NCBI RefSeq assembly: GCF_044647545.1
Contig: NZ_CP172818.1
DNA length: 64,000 bases
Strand: one strand, 5' to 3'
DNA from: Escherichia coli
GTDB taxonomy: Bacteria; Pseudomonadota; Gammaproteobacteria; Enterobacterales; Enterobacteriaceae
The notes beneath the pieces were generated by a model. The model was not told the DNA's origin and made no database searches. It saw only the letters and a list, made by a program, of their open reading frames with translations. The translations under genes and the position numbers were made by a program. Of the stretch, positions 1 to 11,150 are shown one piece after another (position 1 is the first letter of the stretch; every line of letters starts with the position of its first letter).

Positions 1-8
1 TAATAAAA

Positions 9-920
9 TTAATTGTGCTGCCCGTGAATATTAAAAAACAGGCGGTGCGTTTTTCCTGGTTCCAGTAATAATAAGTCGATACCTGAATTAAAGGCGTTAG
101 GCGGGCAACTCATAGGTTCAACTGCCAGTCCCTGACGCTGTAATTTTTCTCCGCTATAAACCTGCACCCAGGGTTGATCGGAACAGAGGCTCACCGAAAG
201 CGCCTGTTGTGGATGGGTAATGGTTATTTCCCACAGATCATTAGCGGTTTTAAAGGTATGGTCTATTTTTGTCGCGGCTATTTTTGTCGCCCGCGTGAAA
301 TTTAAATTCAGCTCATCAACGTGGTGAAGCGTTGTCGGATTTGCGTGCTCATCGACGGCATAAACCTGTTCTGCCGGAAGCTGGAAAAGATAGTCATCAA
401 CAGATGTTAAGTTGCAGGTTAAATAAGGATGAATACCCACACCATAAGGTGCGGTCACAGTACCAATATTCTGGCTTGCGATCTCAACGGAAAGGCCCGT
501 GCGAGCGTTGAGCGAATAAACAACCTGCGAAGCCAGCATAAACGGATAGCCGTAACTGGGCGGCAGAAAAGCTGTCAGGGTAACGCTGGTGGCGGTTAAT
601 TCGCTAATTTGCCAGTCACGCCAGGCAAGCAGCCCGTGAATAGCGGCTTTTGAACCATGTTCATTAATGGGTAACTGATATTCCTGCCCCTGATAGCGAT
701 AACAGCCGTTGGCGATCCGGTTCGGCCACGGAATAAGCACTTTACCCAGATGCGCCAGCGGCATCTCTTCGGGTTTGTGCGGGATGACTAAATGACAACC
801 CTGAAAGGTTAATTCAGCCAGACCAGCACCAACCGTCACGATAGTCGCGTGATAATCCCCCGCGGCAAGTGAAACGGTTTGTCCACTGCAATGCATGTTG
901 GTGATTTGCATACGAGGCAC
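9..920 (-). CDS. yihR: Aldose-1-epimerase family protein (sulfoquinovose mutarotase); start codon uncertain (GTG at 920 or ATG at 911)
   Basis: ORF track 303 aa; position immediately downstream of yihS in the sulfoquinovose cluster; stop TAA at 9-11. Confidence 0.8.
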   Translation of the reverse strand: MPRMQITNMHCSGQTVSLAAGDYHATIVTVGAGLAELTFQGCHLVIPHKPEEMPLAHLGKVLIPWPNRIANGCYRYQGQEYQLPINEHGSKAAIHGLLAWRDWQISELTATSVTLTAFLPPSYGYPFMLASQVVYSLNARTGLSVEIASQNIGTVTAPYGVGIHPYLTCNLTSVDDYLFQLPAEQVYAVDEHANPTTLHHVDELNLNFTRATKIAATKIDHTFKTANDLWEITITHPQQALSVSLCSDQPWVQVYSGEKLQRQGLAVEPMSCPPNAFNSGIDLLLLEPGKTHRLFFNIHGQHN

Positions 921-978
921 CTTTATTGAATAACGACATACCCGGCATGTAGCCTGATATGCCGTTATTTCAGCTCAG

Positions 979-2220
979 TTATTTCGCATTCACGTCCAGC
1001 AGACCCGCCGCAACTGCCGGAGCCAGGCCTGGCGCTAACGGGATACGCGGGATCACCAGGCAATGCAGCAGGTGATAAATATCCTGTTTGCCGTCCCAGA
1101 CTTTGGTGGTGACCTTATTGTCCGCATCCAGCTCCTGCCACCAGGAACCATTTTCATAGTCCATCAGGTACTTAATGCAGTACTCCCACCATGTCTGATA
1201 CCAGGTTTCGTACTGGCGATCGCCGGTGACGGTGTAGAGCGCGTAAGCCGTACCCATCGCCTCGACGATAGGCCAACGCACACGTTCGCGAACGACCGGT
1301 TTTCCTTCCCAGTCAACGGTATAAACAATCCCGTCCGCACCATCGGGCGCCCAGGCATCGCGCACGGTGGCGTTGAACAGACCTTTGGCATCTTCTAACA
1401 GCCAGGCTGGCGGCTGTTCGCCGCGGGCTTCCAGGGCGGCATGGATGTGCAGCATTAAACGACCCCACTCGATCCAGTGGCCTGGCGTGCCTCCGAATGC
1501 GCGGAAGCGGTGCGCCGGGTTATCTTTGTTGTAATCCGGCAGCGGATTCCACTGGGTATCGAAGTGCTCGTTAACGCGATAATGATTATTTCTGGCGACG
1601 TCGTGGATAATGACGGAAGCCACGCGAATCGCGCGATCCAGCCATTTTTTGTCATGGGTGACGTCATAGACAATCAGGAAGGCTTCCACCGCGTGCATAT
1701 TGGCATTGCCGCCGCGATACTCTTCGGTTTTGCTGAAGGCTTCATCCCAGGACTCCAGGCACATCTGCTCTTCTTCGCTCCAGAAGTATTTCTCGATAAT
1801 TTCAATGGTGTAATCGAGCAGCTTGCGCGCTTCCGGGTGACCCGTTGTGACGGCACTGGCGGCACCCAGCAGGGCAAAGAAATGTTGATAGCCCTGTTTG
1901 GAGGCATCCACCACGCCCTCGTCATTCACACAGGCATACCAGCCGCCATATTTTTTATCGCGCAGTGCGCCATTCATGGCTTTGATACCGTGATCAACCA
2001 ACGAGTAAGCGCCAGGGCGGCCCATCGCCGCAGCAACGGAATAAACGTGCAGCATACGGGCGGTGATCCACAGATGCGTGCCCATCTCTTCTTTGATTTG
2101 CCCTTTATTGCCCAGCCAGCCAAAGCCAGTCGGCACCACGGCATTCTTACCAAAATCAAAGATGCGATCGGTTTCCTGTTCCAGCCAGCGGTTGTGACTT
2201 AAGGTGTTAAACCATTTCAT
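979..2220 (-). CDS. yihS: Sulfoquinovose isomerase
   Basis: 413 aa ORF with ATG start, length matches E. coli YihS; conserved synteny. Confidence 0.9.
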   Translation of the reverse strand: MKWFNTLSHNRWLEQETDRIFDFGKNAVVPTGFGWLGNKGQIKEEMGTHLWITARMLHVYSVAAAMGRPGAYSLVDHGIKAMNGALRDKKYGGWYACVNDEGVVDASKQGYQHFFALLGAASAVTTGHPEARKLLDYTIEIIEKYFWSEEEQMCLESWDEAFSKTEEYRGGNANMHAVEAFLIVYDVTHDKKWLDRAIRVASVIIHDVARNNHYRVNEHFDTQWNPLPDYNKDNPAHRFRAFGGTPGHWIEWGRLMLHIHAALEARGEQPPAWLLEDAKGLFNATVRDAWAPDGADGIVYTVDWEGKPVVRERVRWPIVEAMGTAYALYTVTGDRQYETWYQTWWEYCIKYLMDYENGSWWQELDADNKVTTKVWDGKQDIYHLLHCLVIPRIPLAPGLAPAVAAGLLDVNAK

Positions 2221-2235
2221 TTTTGTATCCCCATC

Positions 2236-3114
2236 TTAACGGCGTTTAGCCATCATTTCGTCGACGATATCGCCAAGTTGTTGTAATTTCGGTGCGCAAA
2301 CGTCACGCAGCATCAGCTCGTTGTCTGGTAAACCGACAACCGATGCCCAGACGGCACGACCAGCCAGGAAGCCCGATGCACCCGCTGTCATTGCCACGCG
2401 TACGGCACGCGGGAACAGTTTTTCGTCGACACCGGAAGAAAGTATCACCCACGGCATATTGATATGGTCATTCAGACGTTGTGAAGCACTGAGAAGCTCT
2501 TGTTGCGGACCTTTACCGTAAAGCGGCATTTCAACTTTGTAGAGGTCAGCGCCACTGTCGCCCAGCTCTTTGGCAGCATCGATGATCGCTTGTTCGCGAT
2601 CGAATTTATCGCCACGACGTGGTGGGCGGACGACTGGCTCAATAATGCTTACCAGGCCGTGTGAGTGGCACAGTTCGTTAAACTCTTTCACCATATCCAG
2701 ACGTTGCTGCGCATCTTCATCACTACGCCACAGCACCAGCAGTTTTAAGGCTTTGCCACCGTCTTGTTTGATTTGTAGCGGATTGATTTTGCGGTCAATG
2801 ACCACGCTATCTACCGGAATACCGTTGCCAGGAATGAACTCATCGGCGGCGACAATCATGGCGCAACTTTTGGCAATCGCGTTTTGCTCAACCACCTGGC
2901 GGTAACAGAATTGTTGATCTACCAGAATCGCCGAGGCATAAGGCGAGAGGGTCTTCGCCGCGTTAACTTTGAAATCAGTTAAAACGCTATCGGCTACCGG
3001 AGCGGGTGCGCCAGCCGCGGCAAACATCATGCGCATGGCTTCGCGCTGATCGACCGCCAGCATGGCAAAACCGCCCGATGCGCGCGTAATGTCGTTGATG
3101 GTGTACTTATTCAT
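2236..3114 (-). CDS. yihT: 6-deoxy-6-sulfofructose-1-phosphate aldolase
   Basis: 292 aa ORF, length and synteny match YihT. Confidence 0.9.
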   Translation of the reverse strand: MNKYTINDITRASGGFAMLAVDQREAMRMMFAAAGAPAPVADSVLTDFKVNAAKTLSPYASAILVDQQFCYRQVVEQNAIAKSCAMIVAADEFIPGNGIPVDSVVIDRKINPLQIKQDGGKALKLLVLWRSDEDAQQRLDMVKEFNELCHSHGLVSIIEPVVRPPRRGDKFDREQAIIDAAKELGDSGADLYKVEMPLYGKGPQQELLSASQRLNDHINMPWVILSSGVDEKLFPRAVRVAMTAGASGFLAGRAVWASVVGLPDNELMLRDVCAPKLQQLGDIVDEMMAKRR

Positions 3115-3137
3115 TCATTTATTCCTTTATCCAGTCG

Positions 3138-4034
3138 TTACATTTTTACTTTGGCAGTCATCCCGGCACTGACACGGACCTGTTCCAGAATGGCGGACCA
3201 GTCCTGGCGACCGCGACCCGCTGCGCGCGCCTGGCTATAAACCTCCCGTGAGGCGGCCCCCAGCGGCATTGGCACATGCAGCTGGTTGGCGACATCAAGG
3301 GCGATACCAAGATCCTTATGGGCAAGATCGATCATGAAGGCGGGAGAAAGATCCCCGCTGAGGACTTTGTTTGGCCAGGAAGTGGTGAAGTGGCCTTTAC
3401 CGGCGGCGGTACCGCTCATCACCTTGACGGCAACATCGAAGGGAAGATTCAGGGCTTCGCACAAAACGGCGGCTTCTGCCGAAAGCGCATTGAGCGCGAT
3501 GCTCATGTAGTTGTTGATGAGCTTAACGCGGATCCCCATGCCCGGACCGCCCGCGTTGATCAACTCACTGCCCATCGCCATCAGGATCGGTGTGGCGCGT
3601 TCAACTTGTTCAGCGGTGCCGCCAGCCAGCAGTAACAGAGTACCGGTAATGGCATTTGCAGAAGTACGGCCTACCGGAACATCCATCATGCTGAAGCCTC
3701 TGGCCTGCATATCAGCAATCAATTTATCGGTTTGCAGTGGGTGGATGGTCGACATATCAATGACCAGCGCATCGGAAGATAAGCTCTCACAGACACCGTT
3801 TTCACCGAACAACACGTGACGCACCAGATCGCCATTCGGCAACATGGTAATGATAAATTCGGCACCTTTAGCGGCCTGCGCCGGGTTGGCGGCGGGAGTC
3901 GCACCTTTGTCTACCAGATGCCGCACAGCTTCGGCGTTCACATCAAAGACGCGAAGTTGATGCCCTTGCTGCAATAAATTGCTCGCCATTGGCGAACCCA
4001 TTTGCCCTAAACCGATAAACGCGATTGCTGCCAT
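3138..4034 (-). CDS. yihU: 3-sulfolactaldehyde reductase (NAD-binding, GxGxxG at N-terminus)
   Basis: 298 aa ORF starting [13 protein letters not shown] (Rossmann motif); synteny. Confidence 0.9.
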   Translation of the reverse strand: MAAIAFIGLGQMGSPMASNLLQQGHQLRVFDVNAEAVRHLVDKGATPAANPAQAAKGAEFIITMLPNGDLVRHVLFGENGVCESLSSDALVIDMSTIHPLQTDKLIADMQARGFSMMDVPVGRTSANAITGTLLLLAGGTAEQVERATPILMAMGSELINAGGPGMGIRVKLINNYMSIALNALSAEAAVLCEALNLPFDVAVKVMSGTAAGKGHFTTSWPNKVLSGDLSPAFMIDLAHKDLGIALDVANQLHVPMPLGAASREVYSQARAAGRGRQDWSAILEQVRVSAGMTAKVKM

Positions 4035-4201
4035 AACCCTCTCCTGAATACAGTAATGTCACTTTTTGTCATTTATGACATGCCTTGCTTGTCTGTTTTT
4101 GATCGTATTTGTAATTTATCGTCAAAAAATTGACAGCCGTCACTTTTTAAACAATTGGTGAAATTAAAATGAACGCATCCCAAAATGCTTAAGGAATGAC
4201 C

Positions 4202-5098
4202 ATGATTCGTGTTGCTTGTGTAGGAATTACCGTGATGGATCGCATCTATTACGTGGAAGGATTGCCGACGGAGAGCGGTAAATACGTGGCGAAAAATTAT
4301 ACGGAAGTTGGCGGCGGGCCAGCGGCTACAGCAGCAGTTGCGGCGGCCAGACTAGGTGCGCAGGTCGATTTTATTGGTCGCGTCGGTGACGACGACACAG
4401 GCAACAGCCTGCTGGCAGAGCTGGAATCCTGGGGCGTTAACACCCGTTATACCAAACGGTATAACGAGGCGAAATCTTCGCAATCCGCCATCATGGTGGA
4501 TACCAAAGGCGAGCGGATAATCATTAACTACCCCAGCCCGGACTTGCTGCCTGACGCAGAGTGGTTGGAGGAAATTGATTTCTCTCAGTGGGATGTTGTG
4601 CTGGCGGATGTACGCTGGCACGAAGGTGCTAAAAAAGCCTTCACCCTGGCCCGGCAGGCGGGCGTGATGACTGTTTTGGACGGGGACATTACGCCGCAGG
4701 ATATCAGTGAGCTGGTGGCATTAAGCGATCATGCGGCCTTTTCAGAACCGGGTCTGGCGCGCTTAACGGGGGTGAAAGAGATGGCCAGTGCGCTAAAACA
4801 GGCACAAACGCTCACAAATGGTCATGTCTATGTGACCCAGGGCAGTGCAGGCTGTGACTGGCTGGAGAATGGCGGGCGACAGCATCAACCGGCCTTCAAA
4901 GTTGATGTGGTAGATACCACAGGAGCGGGTGATGTTTTTCACGGCGCATTGGCGGTGGCGCTGGCAACAGGTGGGGATTTAGCGGAGTCAGTCCGCTTCG
5001 CCAGCGGAGTAGCGGCGTTGAAATGCACGCGTCCCGGTGGACGAGCCGGGATCCCTGACTGTGATCAAACCCGATCTTTTTTGTCACTTTTTGTATAA
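4202..5098 (+). CDS. yihV: 6-deoxy-6-sulfofructose kinase (PfkB/ribokinase family)
   Basis: ORF track 4196-5098; trimmed to ATG at 4202 with AAGGA RBS at 4191-4195; C-terminal GAGD motif. Confidence 0.85.
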   Translation: MIRVACVGITVMDRIYYVEGLPTESGKYVAKNYTEVGGGPAATAAVAAARLGAQVDFIGRVGDDDTGNSLLAELESWGVNTRYTKRYNEAKSSQSAIMVDTKGERIIINYPSPDLLPDAEWLEEIDFSQWDVVLADVRWHEGAKKAFTLARQAGVMTVLDGDITPQDISELVALSDHAAFSEPGLARLTGVKEMASALKQAQTLTNGHVYVTQGSAGCDWLENGGRQHQPAFKVDVVDTTGAGDVFHGALAVALATGGDLAESVRFASGVAALKCTRPGGRAGIPDCDQTRSFLSLFV

Positions 5099-5131
5099 AA
5101 TGCCAGGGTGATGGTTTTTCGAGGAATTTTC

Positions 5132-5917
5132 ATGAGCCTTACCGAACTAACCGGTAACCCGCGGCACGACCAACTCCTCATGCTGATCGCCGAGCGTGGG
5201 TATATGAATATTGATGAGCTGGCAAATCTGCTGGATGTCTCCACGCAGACGGTCCGCCGGGATATTCGTAAATTAAGCGAGCAAGGACTGATTACGCGCC
5301 ATCACGGTGGCGCGGGTCGGGCCTCCAGCGTCGTTAATACGGCGTTTGAGCAGCGTGAGGTTTCGCAAACTGAAGAGAAAAAAGCGATTGCCGAAGCGGT
5401 GGCAGACTATATTCCTGATGGATCGACAATATTTATCACCATCGGTACGACTGTTGAACATGTTGCCCGGGCGTTACTTAACCACAATCATTTGCGGATA
5501 ATCACCAACAGCCTGCGTGTGGCGCATATTCTTTACCACAACCCGCGCTTTGAAGTGATGGTGCCTGGCGGAACGCTGCGTTCCCATAACAGTGGGATCA
5601 TTGGCCCTTCAGCGGCGTCCTTTGTGGCCGATTTTCGCGCCGATTATCTGGTAACAAGTGTAGGCGCAATTGAGAGCGATGGCGCGTTGATGGAGTTTGA
5701 TGTAAACGAAGCTAACGTGGTGAAAACGATGATGGCGCACGCGAGAAATATTCTGCTGGTCGCCGATCACACTAAGTATCATGCTTCGGCGGCGGTTGAA
5801 ATTGGTAACGTGGCACAGGTTACCGCGCTCTTTACCGACGAGCTGCCGCCCGCTGCGCTAAAATCACGCTTACAAGACAGCCAAATTGAAATCATCCTTC
5901 CCCAGGAAGACACGTAG
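5132..5917 (+). CDS. csqR: DeoR-family transcriptional regulator of the sulfoquinovose operons
   Basis: ORF track 5108-5917; trimmed to ATG 5132 (GAGGA RBS at 5121-5125) giving 261 aa; N-terminal HTH, DeoR C-terminal domain. Confidence 0.85.
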   Translation: MSLTELTGNPRHDQLLMLIAERGYMNIDELANLLDVSTQTVRRDIRKLSEQGLITRHHGGAGRASSVVNTAFEQREVSQTEEKKAIAEAVADYIPDGSTIFITIGTTVEHVARALLNHNHLRIITNSLRVAHILYHNPRFEVMVPGGTLRSHNSGIIGPSAASFVADFRADYLVTSVGAIESDGALMEFDVNEANVVKTMMAHARNILLVADHTKYHASAAVEIGNVAQVTALFTDELPPAALKSRLQDSQIEIILPQEDT

Positions 5918-6015
5918 AATTTTGTGACCGTTGACCTGCCTTCATACCTGGCCACATAGCCAAACCCATCCTTTCCCGCTACAGTTAATTTCTTGTGGCG
6001 CGAAAGGAGGCAAAA

Positions 6016-6615
6016 ATGCTCTATATCTTTGATTTAGGTAATGTGATTGTCGATATCGACTTTAACCGTGTGCTGGGGGCCTGGAGCGATTTAACGCGTG
6101 TTCCACTGGCTACGCTTAAGAAGAGTTTCCACATGGGCGAGGCGTTTCATCAGCATGAGCGTGGGGAAATTAGCGACGAAGCGTTCGCAGAGGCGCTGTG
6201 TCATGAGATGGCCCTGCCGCTAAGCTATGAGCAGTTCTCCCACGGTTGGCAGGCGGTATTTGTTGCGCTACGACCGGAAGTGATCGCCATCATGCATAAA
6301 CTGCGTGAGCAGGGGCATCGCGTGGTGGTGCTTTCCAATACTAACCGCCTGCATACTACCTTCTGGCCGGAGGAATACCCGGAAATCCGTGATGCTGCTG
6401 ACCATATCTATCTGTCGCAAGACTTGGGTATGCGCAAACCTGAAGCACGAATTTATCAGCATGTTTTGCAGGCAGAAGGTTTTTCACCAGACGATACGGT
6501 CTTTTTCGACGATAACGCCGATAATATAGAAGGAGCTAATCAGCTAGGCATTACTAGTATTCTGGTGAAAGATAAAACCACCATCCCGGACTATTTCGCG
6601 AAGGTGTTATGCTAA
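6016..6615 (+). CDS. yihX: HAD-superfamily alpha-D-glucose-1-phosphate phosphatase
   Basis: ORF track 5995-6615; trimmed to ATG 6016 (AAGGAGG RBS 6004-6010) giving 199 aa; N-terminal DxG HAD motif. Confidence 0.85.
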
Positions 6616-7481
6616 AAACCATTCAGGACAAAGCCAGGCATCGTACCCGTCCACTATGGGCCTGGCTAAAACTACTCTGGCAACGCATTGATGAGGACAA
6701 CATGACAACCCTGGCAGGTAACCTTGCCTATGTGTCGTTGCTCTCATTAGTGCCGCTGGTTGCCGTTGTTTTTGCGCTTTTCGCCGCTTTTCCCATGTTT
6801 TCCGACGTCAGCATTCAGTTGCGTCACTTTATTTTTGCCAACTTTCTGCCTGCTACTGGCGATGTTATTCAGCGGTATATCGAACAATTTGTTGCCAATT
6901 CCAACAAAATGACCGCCGTCGGGGCGTGCGGGCTGATCGTCACGGCGTTATTGTTGATGTACTCCATCGATAGCGCGTTGAATACCATCTGGCGCAGCAA
7001 ACGAGCGCGACCAAAAATTTACTCGTTTGCCGTGTACTGGATGATTTTAACGCTGGGGCCGCTGCTGGCAGGGGCCAGTCTGGCGATCAGTTCCTATCTG
7101 CTCTCCCTGCGCTGGGCGAGCGATCTCAATACTGTCATCGACAACGTGCTGCGTATTTTTCCGCTGCTGTTGTCGTGGATCTCCTTCTGGTTGCTGTACA
7201 GCATTGTTCCTACCATCCGCGTACCTAACCGCGACGCGATTGTCGGCGCGTTTGTCGCTGCACTCCTGTTCGAAGCAGGAAAGAAAGGTTTCGCGCTTTA
7301 TATCACCATGTTCCCGTCATATCAGCTCATTTACGGCGTGCTGGCGGTGATCCCCATTCTCTTTGTCTGGGTCTACTGGACATGGTGTATCGTCTTGCTT
7401 GGCGCGGAAATTACTGTCACTCTCGGGGAATACCGCAAATTAAAACAAGCTGCTGAACAAGAAGAAGACGACGAACCATGA
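6609..7481 (+). CDS. yihY: YihY/BrkB family inner membrane protein
   Basis: 290 aa ORF, multi-pass hydrophobic; overlaps yihX stop (coupled). Confidence 0.85.
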
Positions 7482-7915
7482 TTGCATTAATTCAACGCGT
7501 AACCCGTGCCAGCGTCACCGTGGAGGGAGAAGTGACGGGCGAAATTGGCGCGGGACTTTTGGTGTTATTGGGTGTCGAAAAGGATGACGACGAACAGAAA
7601 GCAAACCGTCTGTGCGAGCGTGTGCTCGGCTACCGCATCTTTAGCGATGCCGAAGGCAAGATGAATCTCAACGTGCAACAGGCGGGCGGCAGTGTACTGG
7701 TGGTTTCCCAGTTTACTCTCGCCGCAGATACCGAACGGGGGATGCGCCCAAGTTTCTCCAAAGGCGCATCACCGGATCGCGCAGAGGCGTTATATGACTA
7801 TTTCGTCGAACGCTGCCGTCAGCAAGAGATGAACACGCAAACAGGACGCTTCGCTGCGGATATGCAGGTATCGCTGGTCAATGATGGCCCCGTGACATTC
7901 TGGTTGCAGGTATGA
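7478..7915 (+). CDS. dtd: D-aminoacyl-tRNA deacylase
   Basis: 145 aa ORF starting [12 protein letters not shown] overlap with yihY. Confidence 0.9.
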
Positions 7916-8901
7916 GCCAGCTTCCAGGGTTGTCACGGGAAACAAGAGAGAGTATCGCTATGTATCACCTTCGGGTTCCACAAACAGAAGAAGAATTAGA
8001 GCGTTACTATCAGTTTCGCTGGGAAATGTTGCGTAAGCCCCTGCATCAACCGAAAGGTTCGGAACGCGACGCGTGGGATGCGATGGCGCATCACCAGATG
8101 GTCGTCGACGAGCAGGGTAATCTGGTGGCGGTAGGCCGACTGTATATTAATGCCGACAATGAAGCGTCCATTCGCTTTATGGCCGTTCATCCCGACGTGC
8201 AGGACAAAGGGTTAGGAACGCTGATGGCGATGACCCTCGAATCTGTGGCGCGTCAGGAAGGTGTTAAGCGCGTGACCTGTAGCGCCCGCGAAGACGCGGT
8301 GGAGTTTTTCGCCAAGCTGGGGTTTGTTAATCAGGGAGAAATCACCACGCCAACCACCACGCCGATTCGCCATTTTTTGATGATTAAACCCGTTGCCACT
8401 CTGGATGATATTTTGCATCGCGGCGACTGGTGCGCGCAGCTGCAACAGGCGTGGTATGAACACATCCCGCTGAGTGAAAAAATGGGCGTGCGCATTCAGC
8501 AATATACCGGGCAAAAATTTATCACCACCATGCCGGAAACAGGCAATCAGAATCCGCATCACACGCTGTTTGCCGGGAGTTTATTCTCGCTGGCAACGCT
8601 CACCGGTTGGGGGCTTATCTGGCTGATGCTGCGCGAACGCCACCTCGGCGGAACGATTATTCTGGCGGATGCGCATATCCGCTATAGCAAGCCGATTAGC
8701 GGCAAACCTCATGCGGTAGCCGACCTTGGTGCCTTAAGCGGCGATCTCGACCGTCTGGCGCGTGGACGAAAAGCACGGGTGCAGATGCAAGTAGAAATCT
8801 TTGGCGACGAGACGCCGGGTGCAGTGTTTGAAGGCACGTATATCGTTCTGCCCGCGAAGCCATTTGGCCCGTATGAAGAGGGCGGGAACGAAGAAGAGTA
8901 G
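7912..8901 (+). CDS. yiiD: GNAT acetyltransferase / thioesterase fusion protein
   Basis: 329 aa ORF; overlaps dtd stop; length matches YiiD. Confidence 0.85.
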
Positions 8902-9750
8902 CGTTGGCAGGTGCATTGCACTCCTTGCCCCTGTCATGCGGTGATACAACGCTTCACCTTCATCGCAAAGTGGGTCGTATTCAGCGGTAATGATATGTAC
9001 AGGTGGCAAGCCATTGAAATCATCGCGCCAAAGAGGGCTGGCTTCAGGATGCCTGCGTTCAATGCCTGGCAGGTACATCTCAAAGCCGCTCAGTAAAGTG
9101 TCGCGTGTGATGATGTAATCGTGACGATTGCGTATGTAGCTTTCGAAATGCGCAGTCGCATCAAGCATGGGATAAATTAAGATGACCGAGTTGTGCCGGT
9201 TGCCACTCGCCAGCACGCTTTAATCGCAAAGCAGTTACCAGCGCCAGATGTCCGCCCGCACTGTCACCGGCAAGAGTTATCCGTTGTTTATCAACGCCGA
9301 GTCGTTCGGCGTGTTGCCGACTGAATTCTGCACCTCGTTGCGCATCATCATGGGCGGCGGGGAAAGTATGTCCGGTGCCAGCCGATACTGGACGGCAATA
9401 ACCCGACATTGCCCGTAATAGGCTAACTGGCGCAGCTGGTTGTCGTGAGTTGCGAACCCGCCGCTAACAAAACAGCCACCGTAGTAATAAATTATCGTCG
9501 GGAGTAATGTCGGGGCATTCAGCGGTGACACTATTCGTAAGGTCATCGCTTCAAGTTCGATAGTCTGAATATCTACCCGCGTTTCTGTCTCACCCGCAAG
9601 GACAGCGCTGGCGATATAGCCCTCCCTGCGCTGCGCAATACTTTGTTGACGCGATGAGGGGCGACCCGCAGCGATAAACTCTTCGACTAACTCTGCAATT
9701 CCTTTTTCAGTGCCATAGTAGAACTCATTTTGCTGTATGAATGTACAGTT
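8734..9750 (-). pseudogene. Alpha/beta-hydrolase (Aes/HSL-family esterase-lipase) remnant, frameshifted at ~9372 and ~9188, no start codon in the N-terminal frame, 3' end overlapping yiiD
   Basis: HGGG-region (IIYYYGGCFVSGG) in ORF 9277-9546, GDSAGG nucleophile motif in ORF 9161-9409, DPLCDEGE acid motif in ORF 8734-9216, each in a different frame on the minus strand. Confidence 0.6.
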
Positions 9751-9945
9751 TTATACACCCGTTTTTACTGGATGGATACAGGGAAATTCACGGGCGTGAA
9801 AAATCTGGAAAGCGCCTCGCAAATGTAAAGACAAACCCGGCAGAGATGTGGTTTTGCTGGAGCACTATCAGTAAGCTAGTGGTTTCAAGGGTACGTCAAT
9901 GACGTACAGAAGGGGTTTATTTATCTAAGCCAATGGCGTATAATT

Positions 9946-10256
9946 ATGCTCTTCATCGAAACGGAAATTTTTACTGAAGATGTTCAAAAACTGCTGACCG
10001 ACGATGAATTCAGTCGTTTTCAGTTTTTCCTGGCCTTGAATCCTGACTATGGTGAGGTAATACCTGAAACTGGTGGGTTAAGAAAGGTTCGATGGGTGTC
10101 AGGAGGAAGGGGAAACGTGCTGGTGTCAGGGTTATTTACTTTCATCAGGTTAAACATTATGAGATCAGATTACTGCTTATTTATCGTAAGGGTATTAAAG
10201 ATAATATCTCTCCCCAGGAAAAAGCAATGCTCCGGTTGTTAAATACGAGGTGGTAA
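9946..10256 (+). pseudogene. HigB/RelE-like type II toxin, inactivated by a 1-nt deletion in an A-run at ~10113-10116
   Basis: ORF 9946-10242 turns to nonsense after GGRG; shifting +1 at the A-run restores KRAGVRVIYFHQVKHYEIRLLLIYRKGIKDNISPQEKAMLRLLNTRW ending at TAA 10254-10256, 0 nt before the antitoxin ATG. Confidence 0.6.
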
Positions 10257-10547
10257 ATGGATAAGGCACTTTTTGAGCGGTTGACTCACAGCATGGCCCA
10301 GATGAATGAAATTATTGAAGGAACGCGACAGCCTTCGCGGACTTTTGAAGTTGATGCTATGAAAATCAAAGAAATACGCCGCGCTTCAGGGTTGTCACAA
10401 TCTAAATTTGCCGATCTTATTTCTGTAAGCGTAGACACGTTGCGTAACTGGGAGCAGGGGCGACGTTCGCCGACCGGGCCTGCAAAGGCTTTGCTGCGAG
10501 CGATTGCCAATGATCCGCAACATGTGCTGCAAGCACTTAACCGTTAG
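10257..10547 (+). CDS. XRE-family HTH antitoxin-like DNA-binding protein (HigA-like partner)
   Basis: 96 aa ORF; HTH region IRRASGLSQSKFADLISVSVDTLRNWEQGRRSP; immediately downstream of the toxin remnant. Confidence 0.65.
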   Translation: MDKALFERLTHSMAQMNEIIEGTRQPSRTFEVDAMKIKEIRRASGLSQSKFADLISVSVDTLRNWEQGRRSPTGPAKALLRAIANDPQHVLQALNR

Positions 10548-11150
10548 AGGCATGGTTATGCCATACAGAAAGCACCAGCATTCAGAACTCCTGTGAAAGC
10601 GGCGTAGTGCCACCTGCTCAGGAGTTTTGCTATGACCCGTAATCAGTGCTGACCGTTGCCACCCTATGATGCGATTAAAAAAACTCATCGTCGCGCCGAT
10701 GATTGACGTCAATGCTATCGGATGATACCGGGGGTGTTCCAGAAAGATCCAACTTTCCCGAACTGTTACCAACAAAATTATAACGATGAGCAAGTTAAGA
10801 CCGGTTGGTAGCAGTACTGACCGGTCTGTGATGGATGATTAATTTCACCTTAAATCCGGGTGCTGTTAGGATGCTGACATTTTTCGGCTACACCATTCAG
10901 ATTATGCAAATAAAGATCCAATCAAAAAATAAACATCCCTGTATATAATATATTTATAGCACCCATATCTCATCCTGGGCGATAACCCAACCATTTTTGA
11001 TTAACAAATGAAACAACTGCAACGTTCTTATTATTTCTGGAAAACGTCTCGCAAAAACAAAACAGCATGCAAAAATCCGCTTTTTTTAAATGATTTTTCG
11101 GCGTAATTTTCGCACATACATTAATGAGTAATATATGTAAGGTATTGGTA

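Noticed and set aside
1477-2202. 241-aa plus-strand ORF antisense to yihS (and similar long antisense ORFs at 11636-12412, 13164-13826, 14175-15206, 15486-16250, 16659-17360)
   Set aside because: Shadow ORFs on the strand opposite well-supported genes; they are entirely contained within those genes and have repetitive, Arg/Ala/Gly-heavy compositions.
8911-9096. 61-aa plus-strand ORF inside the esterase remnant
   Set aside because: Short, antisense to the recognisable hydrolase segments, Cys/His-rich by chance.
10395-10793. 132-aa minus-strand ORF overlapping the HTH antitoxin gene
   Set aside because: Overlaps the better-supported antitoxin on the opposite strand and has no recognisable features.
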